A stretch of 64,000 nt of DNA from Candidatus Woesebacteria bacterium UBA5941. GTDB taxonomy: Bacteria; Patescibacteriota; Microgenomatia; UBA8517. Shown one piece after another: positions 57,639 through 64,000 of the stretch. The notes under the pieces were generated by a model. That model was given only the letters and a program-made list of their open reading frames with translations, was not told where the DNA came from and ran no database searches. A program made the translations under genes and the position numbers. How positions within the stretch are numbered: the stretch's first letter is position 1; each line of letters starts with the position of its first letter. Where the stretch lies: NCBI GenBank assembly GCA_002430735.1, contig DJCV01000011.1, forward strand, positions 19,612 through 83,611, given 5' to 3'.

Positions 57639-58070
57639 TTAAATGTACCCCTTTGTAAAGACCCAATATAATGCCAATAATACGACAATAAAAAGAAGGA
57701 CGTACTTTGAGCCGCGTAAGTCACTCTTTGATAAGTTCATGGTATTTGCGACAGTCACGATGCAGTAGCCTGAAAGCAGATATCCCCACCACGGAAGTGT
57801 GTAATTAGCAGTCAGATAAAAGGTCACCAGAAGCAGTAGTATTCCAACGATAAGTGGGGCAACACCAACAAGAAATCTTCGGAAAATATCAGTCCGTCCA
57901 ATCTCAACACTCCCCAACTGTAACCCATGTTCTGTAAACCGAGGGAACAAGCTGACACGTCCAGTAGGGACTCTCAGTATTTTTGCAGTCAGAAAATGAG
58001 CCATTTCATGTATAACCGTTCCCGGGAAATAGATAATTGCGAGGAATAATAATTTATGACGCATATACAT
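57639..58070 (-). CDS. Membrane HEXXH metalloprotease (M50-like)
   Basis: PGTVIHEMAH, GVAPL, S.SD. Confidence 0.75.
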   Translation of the reverse strand: MYMRHKLLFLAIIYFPGTVIHEMAHFLTAKILRVPTGRVSLFPRFTEHGLQLGSVEIGRTDIFRRFLVGVAPLIVGILLLLVTFYLTANYTLPWWGYLLSGYCIVTVANTMNLSKSDLRGSKYVLLFIVVLLALYWVFTKGYI

Positions 58071-58080
58071 ATATAAGCAT

Positions 58081-58108
58081 AAAAAAGTGGCGATGATTAG
58101 TCGCCACT
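58081..58108 (-). terminator. Intrinsic terminator of the methyltransferase cassette
   Basis: AGTGGCGA-7-TCGCCACT followed by a T tract on the minus strand. Confidence 0.75.
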
Positions 58109-58120
58109 ACAGAAAAAACC

Positions 58121-58885
58121 TTATGGTCTTTTCACAATGTGTGTTATCGCTCCGTGTCTGTCCTTGCCTCCACTACTTGAATGCCAATCTTCGCCAAACA
58201 TTACGTTTTTTGCCCCGATATGAGGCATTATCCGTGAATAAACGATTTCGAGCCCTTGCAAGAGAAAATACTGCAAGAGATCGGTTTGACCCAAGAACAA
58301 GTGATTCTCAATCATATAGGTACCGGAACAAGAACAATATGCCCTCATCACATCCTCATTCACGACTTCTACATGTGGATCCCGTTGGTACAATCCATAC
58401 CGAAAGTCTTCCTTGCCCACCGCGCGAACAAATAAATGACCTCCTGGTTTTAGTGCCGTGAGTGCTCTATCGAGCAGGTTAAAAACCGCATAGCGCGAAG
58501 GAAAATGCACAAACAGATCTACGCACAATATGGTGTCATATACGTTTGTTCCAAAATCAACATATCGAATATCGCCGTAGTTAATCTGAATGGGAAGGTC
58601 ATAATCCTTTATCAGCTCATCCAGAAAGTCCAACTTCTCGGTATCATGATCGTAGGCGACTACATTCATACCTTTCAATGCATATGACATGCAGGATCGT
58701 CCGTGCCCAACACCTAAATCCAGTAATGTGCCATTAGGCACAACAAGCTGTTGCTCATAGCGCCAGCTTTCTGGATCGCCAACAGAGAACGCCCAGTGGC
58801 CACCGGGCTCCATTTCAGTGTCAGTAGTAATTCGATAAAAAAGATCAATCTGTGTCGGTGTCCATTGTGGGACAAAAACGTTCAT
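58121..58885 (-). CDS. Class I SAM-dependent methyltransferase (TehB-like), stand-alone cassette
   Basis: LLDLGVGHGR, YDTILC, LKPGG; promoter TTGAAA-17-TACACT (58921-58949) and SD AGGGAG. Confidence 0.8.
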   Translation of the reverse strand: MNVFVPQWTPTQIDLFYRITTDTEMEPGGHWAFSVGDPESWRYEQQLVVPNGTLLDLGVGHGRSCMSYALKGMNVVAYDHDTEKLDFLDELIKDYDLPIQINYGDIRYVDFGTNVYDTILCVDLFVHFPSRYAVFNLLDRALTALKPGGHLFVRAVGKEDFRYGLYQRDPHVEVVNEDVMRAYCSCSGTYMIENHLFLGQTDLLQYFLLQGLEIVYSRIMPHIGAKNVMFGEDWHSSSGGKDRHGAITHIVKRP

Positions 58886-58935
58886 ACTAACTCCCTAATT
58901 AAACCCGAATGTGAACTTGTAGTGTAGCAAAGAAG

Positions 58936-59685
58936 TTAGCGCTTTTCAAAATACAGTGTCACTGTAGAAGTGATAGTCTGTTGTCCTGGCTGCAATTCTG
59001 GTGAAGCTGCATTTCCTCCACCCATGCCCTGAGCCATTGCTTTATCAGCGTACATATATGGACTGACCATTCCAGGGGATGATTCAACAATATTTGTGAT
59101 TTGCCCTAAGCTAATACCTAATGATGATGCTAATTTTTCAGCTTGCTCTTTTGCATTCGCAATTGCCTTGTCTCGGGCTTCTTCACGGTACTTTTCAGGT
59201 TCGTCCACAGTAAAGCGTGTGCCTTGAATTTGATTTGCTCCCACCTTCGTTGCCGTTTCCATAATACGCGCAGCAAGTGAAGTGTCTTTTGTTTTGACAG
59301 TGAGAGTTACATTTCCGTTATATCCTGTTGCTCGATTCCTGCCTCCATCATACACATAGTTGGGGTTCACAGAAAAATTAGATGTCTTCATATCACTATC
59401 AGCAACCCCTAACTCTTTCATAGCCTTAATTAATTCGTTGTTTTTTTCAGTTATCTGCTTTTGAGCAAGATCTGCGGTCTGTATATTTTCAACAAAAAGA
59501 CCTACATCAACGTATGCAGTATCGGGAACAACATCCACTTTTCCTTCCCCTACAACTGATAATTCGCTTGAAATAGTTGATGTCGTAACAGACACCGGAA
59601 TTGAGAGGTTTAAAGTATGCACTAAGAACAACCCAACGAGAATGAATGCGAGAATTACAAAGAAGTGAGAGAAGTGAGCCTTCAT
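58936..59685 (-). CDS. SIMPL/DUF541 (YggE-like) protein
   Basis: VVGEGKVDVVPD, GANQI, AIANAKEQAEKLA, PGQQ. Confidence 0.9.
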   Translation of the reverse strand: MKAHFSHFFVILAFILVGLFLVHTLNLSIPVSVTTSTISSELSVVGEGKVDVVPDTAYVDVGLFVENIQTADLAQKQITEKNNELIKAMKELGVADSDMKTSNFSVNPNYVYDGGRNRATGYNGNVTLTVKTKDTSLAARIMETATKVGANQIQGTRFTVDEPEKYREEARDKAIANAKEQAEKLASSLGISLGQITNIVESSPGMVSPYMYADKAMAQGMGGGNAASPELQPGQQTITSTVTLYFEKR

Positions 59686-59750
59686 AGGATCATATTAATA
59701 AGCTCTTGCTCGTTTTTCAAGGAGGAGATTTGCTGTGATATACTCATTAT

Positions 59751-60062
59751 ATGAACGTCCAAATCATAGGAGACGGCATTGAGATTGATGATCGAATCCG
59801 TGAAGTAGTTGAGACGAAAATGGCTTCAGAAATAGAGAAATACCTCAAAGATTTTGCTGATGACTTAAAAAAAGCCACGGTGCGAATCGAGAAACTTTCG
59901 CATGGCGGATTTCATGTGAACTGGGATATGCGACTTCCTGGGAAAAACGGTCATATTTTTAGCCAAGAAGACGGAGATGACTTACTGAATGTATTAATTG
60001 CACTGCGAAAAGAAGTGGAATCTCAGGTTCGAGATTATAAAGAACGACTTCAGAAGTATTAA
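59751..60062 (+). CDS. hpf: Ribosome hibernation factor HPF/RaiA-like (short)
   Basis: MNVQIIG..IE..D..R..V..K, beta-alpha-beta-beta-beta-alpha pattern, K.VE.Q...YKER. Confidence 0.7.
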   Translation: MNVQIIGDGIEIDDRIREVVETKMASEIEKYLKDFADDLKKATVRIEKLSHGGFHVNWDMRLPGKNGHIFSQEDGDDLLNVLIALRKEVESQVRDYKERLQKY

Positions 60063-61891
60063 GCGTGACTCTTGTCCCCTCGTTCGTGGCGACGTCTATC
60101 TAAATCAGTTAAGTACTTCTTTCTCATGCGCAGAGACAGTGGAGTAATTTCCAATAATTCATCATTTTCCAAGAAATCGAGAGACTGCTCAAGTGAAAAC
60201 TGAATTGACGGGGTCAGTTGAATAACTCCATCACTTCCAGATGATCGCATGTTTGATAACTTCTTCCCTTTACACACGTTCATCGTGATATCTTCCTCTT
60301 TCGCATTCTGTCCAATGATCATTCCTTCGTAAATTTTCGCTTGTGGCTCGATAAACGTTACACCACGACCTTGGGCATTCTGCAATCCGTACGCAAGTGC
60401 TTCTCCCGTTTGATCTGAAATAATAACACCCTTTCGAAGCTGAGGAACTGGCTTCCCAACAGGTTCATATCCGATGAGCTGGGAACTAAAGAGCACTGTT
60501 CCTTTTGTTTGAGTCAAGAGCAAGCTTCTCAATCCAATAAGCACTCGTGTCGGTGCATGATATACGAATTCAACTTCAACATCAGAAATTGATTGCATGC
60601 TTATCATCGTTGCATATCGCTTACCCATTTCCTGGTTAATAACTCCAGTAAATTCAGCAGGAACAATAATCGTTACTTCTTCCATTGGTTCCTTCTTTAC
60701 TCCATCAATCTCTTTTACAATAACTTCAGGTTTTCCAACTTCCATTTCATATCCTTCTCGACGAAGCGTTTCCAAAAGTACCGATAAATGCAATTCTCCG
60801 CGACCTGAAAGTTTAAATTTTCCATTTCCCAAGACTTCAACGCGCAAACTTAAATTACTCTCCAGCTCTCGCTTTAAACGTTCTTCAATTTGTCTGCTTG
60901 TTGAAAAGTCCCCTTCTTGTCCTGCAAATGGTGAGGTGTTAGGTCCAAGCAACATGTGAAGTGTTGGCTCGGAAATCGCAATAGAAGGAAGTGATTCAGT
61001 ATCTCCAGGCTCAGCAATGGTTTTCCCGATTTGTGCGTCTTGAATACCGGTGAATGTGGCAATATCTCCTGCTTCAACAACTGCTGCTTCTTTTCTGCTT
61101 AACCCTTCATTTAACATGAGCTTTTCAACAGTCCAAATCTTGTTTGGAGTATCAGTTAAGATTACTTTTTGACCAACTTTAACCGTTCCTCGATGTACCT
61201 TTCCGATTACAATGCGACCCAAGTGAGTATCGTAATCCATGCTAGTAATAACCATCTTGAAGGTTCCTTCCGTTGAGTTAGTTGGAGCTGGTACTTCTTT
61301 TACAATAGTTTCCAAAAGAGGAATGACATCCCCTGGTTCATTGTGATCTGATGGCATTTGATAGAACGCAACTCCACGTCGTCCAATTGCGTAGACGATT
61401 GGGAAATCGAGTTGGGCTTCATCTGCAGCAAGCTCTAAGAACAAACTTTCAATTTTATCCTTCACTTCAGGAACACGTGCGTATGGCTTATCAATTTTAT
61501 TAATGACAACAATGACCTTAAGTCCAAGGGCAAGTGCTTTCTTTAAAACGAAGCGGGTTTGAGGCATTGGCCCTTCTTGCGCGTCAACAATTAAGAGTGC
61601 TCCATCGGCCATTCCAAGAGTTCGCTCAACTTCACCTGAGAAGTCAGCGTGGCCCGGGGTATCAATAATGTTAATTTTCGTGTCTTTGTATTGAATTGCA
61701 CAGTTTTTGGCGAGAATAGTGATTCCACGCTCACGTTCTAAATCATTGCTATCCAAAATACGCTCCTGTCCCATTTCTTCCTGATTATCACGGAATGTGT
61801 GAGTCTGTTTCAGGAGTGCATCAACTAACGTCGTTTTTCCATGATCGACGTGGGCAATGACTGCAATATTTCTAATGTTTTGTGTACTCAT
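60059..61891 (-). CDS. typA: Translational GTPase TypA/BipA
   Basis: [36 protein letters not shown]. Confidence 0.97.
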   Translation of the reverse strand: MSTQNIRNIAVIAHVDHGKTTLVDALLKQTHTFRDNQEEMGQERILDSNDLERERGITILAKNCAIQYKDTKINIIDTPGHADFSGEVERTLGMADGALLIVDAQEGPMPQTRFVLKKALALGLKVIVVINKIDKPYARVPEVKDKIESLFLELAADEAQLDFPIVYAIGRRGVAFYQMPSDHNEPGDVIPLLETIVKEVPAPTNSTEGTFKMVITSMDYDTHLGRIVIGKVHRGTVKVGQKVILTDTPNKIWTVEKLMLNEGLSRKEAAVVEAGDIATFTGIQDAQIGKTIAEPGDTESLPSIAISEPTLHMLLGPNTSPFAGQEGDFSTSRQIEERLKRELESNLSLRVEVLGNGKFKLSGRGELHLSVLLETLRREGYEMEVGKPEVIVKEIDGVKKEPMEEVTIIVPAEFTGVINQEMGKRYATMISMQSISDVEVEFVYHAPTRVLIGLRSLLLTQTKGTVLFSSQLIGYEPVGKPVPQLRKGVIISDQTGEALAYGLQNAQGRGVTFIEPQAKIYEGMIIGQNAKEEDITMNVCKGKKLSNMRSSGSDGVIQLTPSIQFSLEQSLDFLENDELLEITPLSLRMRKKYLTDLDRRRHERGDKSHA

Positions 61892-61958
61892 AAGCGTAGT
61901 AGTATATCATTTTTTCGGCCAAATCCCTACTCCCAAGCGAGAAAATAAGAATTATTCT

Positions 61959-62027
61959 TAAAAAGAAGCCTTCTGCACACCGAGAACCCGCTCGAAGGCG
62001 GGTCTTCGGTACTTAACTGCATACTTC
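61959..62027 (-). terminator. Long imperfect hairpin followed by a U tract after the Pro/Ala-rich gene
   Basis: Minus strand GAAGT.TGCA..ACCGA.GACCCGC-CTTCGA-GCGGGTT.TCGGT.TGCA..GCTTC-TTTTT. Confidence 0.55.
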
Positions 62028-62031
62028 ACAA

Positions 62032-62328
62032 TTAAGCGGCAGTGTTCCCGTCAGTGGTAGCTGGCGCAACTGGAGCTACTGGTGTCGTAGGCATTTCAGT
62101 TACAGGAGCTACTGGTGCAGCTGGTTCAGGTTGGGCCATAGGCTCAACTACTGGTGCAGCTGGCATGGCAGGAGTAACCGGAGCTACTGGGTCGCTCGCC
62201 ATAGGCGTCGCAACAGGAGCTTGAGGTTCAACTGCTGGGGTTTGAGGCATGTTAGCAACTGGTGTTACTGGGTCTACCACAGATCCCATAGCTGGCGTTG
62301 TTGGGTTTGTTGTTTGATTTTGATCCAT
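62032..62328 (-). CDS. Low-complexity Pro/Ala/Val/Thr-rich acidic disordered protein
   Basis: Strong SD AGGAGGTGA; no K, R, H, L, I, C or aromatic residues. Confidence 0.7.
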   Translation of the reverse strand: MDQNQTTNPTTPAMGSVVDPVTPVANMPQTPAVEPQAPVATPMASDPVAPVTPAMPAAPVVEPMAQPEPAAPVAPVTEMPTTPVAPVAPATTDGNTAA

Positions 62329-62372
62329 TCGTACTCACCTCCTCTTCACACTTCATTCTAAAATAATAGTGA

Positions 62373-62819
62373 TTACTTCGTTAGATTCGTTTTTCGAACG
62401 AGCTTAGCGCTGTATACAATTTGTCTTAGCTCTCCATCTGCCCCTTCAATTTCATTCGCTCCAGTCATTCGCTGGTATTCACGTAGATAATATGACAAGC
62501 CCTCTTGTACATCAGCGAGTTCTGTCTTCACTGCTTCAATTTTGTCGACAATTGCCTTCCCTGCAGTCGCGTTTAGTAACTGCTTTTTGGTAGCAGACTT
62601 TTGCTTTGATGCATCTTTTGCCATCTTGTCATGTTCTCGATAGACAGGATCATTTTCGAGATAACTTTGAAGCATTTCTTTGTGAGGCTTCATGTCTTCT
62701 TTCAATTGTTCAAGCTTTACAATTCGTTCTTTGATAGTCGATTCAATTGATAAAAGCGTCTCTGCCTCTTTCATTTGTTGTGACTGTTCTTCTTCGAGTG
62801 ATAATTGTGGTTCGTCCAT
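62373..62819 (-). CDS. Hypothetical coiled-coil protein
   Basis: Heptad-rich; likely start MDEPQ at 62819. Confidence 0.7.
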   Translation of the reverse strand: MDEPQLSLEEEQSQQMKEAETLLSIESTIKERIVKLEQLKEDMKPHKEMLQSYLENDPVYREHDKMAKDASKQKSATKKQLLNATAGKAIVDKIEAVKTELADVQEGLSYYLREYQRMTGANEIEGADGELRQIVYSAKLVRKTNLTK

Positions 62820-62890
62820 ACGCAAAATTCAATGTACCTAATTTCGCTTGAAAAACCAAGGGGCAAAGAATCGTATGTTATAGTGACCCG

Positions 62891-64000
62891 ATGAAAGACT
62901 TCACGACTCCAATGATGAAGCAATACATGGCGATTAAAGAGCGCTATCCTGATTGTTTACTCTTCTTTAGATTAGGCGACTTTTACGAACTTTTTTTGAA
63001 CGACGCAAAAATTGGCTCTGAAGTATTAGGCATTACACTAACAGGCAGGCCGAAAGGCAAAGATGGCAGAATTCCGATGGCAGGAGTTCCCTATCATGCG
63101 GTAGACAGCTACTTAAACAAACTCGTTAAGGCTGGATATAAAGTTGCCATATGCGAACAACTTTCAGAACCTGACAAAAAAGGCATTGTTGAACGGGATG
63201 TTATTCGTGTAGTTACTCCTGGCACAGTCATGGATGAGCGAGCACTTGAGAAGAAAGAGCATAACTATATATTAGCGCTTACTATTGAAGGAAGTACGGT
63301 TGCAATAGCCCTCTCAGATCTTTCGACAGGGGAGCTTAAAACTGAGGAGTATATCACTGATAACTGGCAAGATCTGTTGCGTGACGAGTTAACTCGGATT
63401 CATCCAACTGAATGTATATTGCCACCCAAGCTCTATAACAATCCTGAAGCTCTGAAATTTTTAAAGACAATAAAGGACATGACAATCTTTTTATTTCCAT
63501 CCTGGGATTCACTTGTTCGCAATTCTGAAGAAGGGCTAAAAACACACTTTGGGGTAAAAACACTTGCAGCTTATGAGATTGATACAAAAAAATCTGCGCA
63601 AAAGGCTTGCTTTGCGTTACTTTCCTATCTAAAAGACACACAAAAAAGTTCTCTTCCTCACATTAATAAAATCACGATCTTTTCTGCCGATGACTACGTA
63701 CACCTTGATCGAGCGACGATTCTAAATCTTGAATTATTCTCCACAATCCGTGAACGGGACACGAAGGGAAGTTTTTTAACTGCAATCGATTGTACAGAGA
63801 CTGCAATGGGCGGGCGTCTACTCAGAGAATGGATTACACATCCGCTACAGAATAAAAAACATATTGAAGAGCGACTCACGAGTGTCGAAGAGTTCTTACA
63901 CAATGCAGTGACTTGTAAACGCATCCTAAAGAACATAGAAGATATAACTGATGTAGAACGAACCTTTTCTCGTGTAAGTGTTGGGATTGGCAACGCGCGT
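62891..64000 (+). CDS. mutS: DNA mismatch repair protein MutS (5' part, runs off the window)
   Basis: MKDFTTPMMKQY...FFRLGDFYELF...IPMAGVPYHA...VTPGT; absent from the ORF track because no stop falls in the window. Confidence 0.95.
   Translation, partial: MKDFTTPMMKQYMAIKERYPDCLLFFRLGDFYELFLNDAKIGSEVLGITLTGRPKGKDGRIPMAGVPYHAVDSYLNKLVKAGYKVAICEQLSEPDKKGIVERDVIRVVTPGTVMDERALEKKEHNYILALTIEGSTVAIALSDLSTGELKTEEYITDNWQDLLRDELTRIHPTECILPPKLYNNPEALKFLKTIKDMTIFLFPSWDSLVRNSEEGLKTHFGVKTLAAYEIDTKKSAQKACFALLSYLKDTQKSSLPHINKITIFSADDYVHLDRATILNLELFSTIRERDTKGSFLTAIDCTETAMGGRLLREWITHPLQNKKHIEERLTSVEEFLHNAVTCKRILKNIEDITDVERTFSRVSVGIGNAR

Noticed and set aside
61959-62027. SRP RNA or riboswitch
   Set aside because: Lacks the SRP GGAA/GNRA domain-IV motif and any aptamer consensus I recognise
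63354-63993. Two minus-strand ORFs at the right edge
   Set aside because: Antisense to mutS
1-64000. Alternative genetic code (TGA=Gly, as in Gracilibacteria/Absconditabacteria)
   Set aside because: Conserved genes are full length under code 11, several end in TGA, and RF2 is present

Overview
A 64 kb gene-dense, roughly 40% GC bacterial chromosome segment. It uses the standard genetic code (TGA is a stop). Gene content, short truncated housekeeping proteins, many Pro/Thr-rich membrane-anchored hypotheticals, a full type IV pilus locus and pervasive leaderless genes point to a Patescibacteria/CPR genome, most likely Microgenomates-type (inference). From left to right it holds: an Rv1355c/MoeY-like ThiF adenylyltransferase with a structured uORF/terminator leader; a type IV pilus locus (major pilin, PilO-like, PilM-PilN fusion, three minor pilin/PilX-like genes, PilC, PilB); tsaB/tsaE; ftsE-ftsX plus a coiled-coil M23 peptidase; prfB; tgt with an MFS transporter; a membrane-anchored Clp-type AAA+ ATPase; secA, rarA, serS, greA, tRNA-Glu(CTC), lon with a CIRCE box, an undecaprenyl-phosphate/L,D-transpeptidase cluster, truB, sodA, hpf, typA and the 5' part of mutS. 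No CRISPR array, integrase, transposase or rRNA was seen. The most notable observations are: (1) a circularly permuted M23 domain with intact metal ligands in the FtsEX partner; (2) a ~127-nt rod-like structured RNA behind a near-consensus promoter upstream of greA; (3) a short peptide ORF and intrinsic terminator directly ahead of the ThiF enzyme, an arrangement like mccA-mccB; (4) a shared CTGCC(C)ATG element at the first gene of each pilus transcription unit; (5) a membrane-tethered Clp ATPase with degenerate D1 and no GYVG pore loop; (6) four self-contained orphan gene cassettes of common architecture; (7) an unannotated 41-aa histone-H1-like gene. All calls come from reading motifs by eye; no database searches were run.
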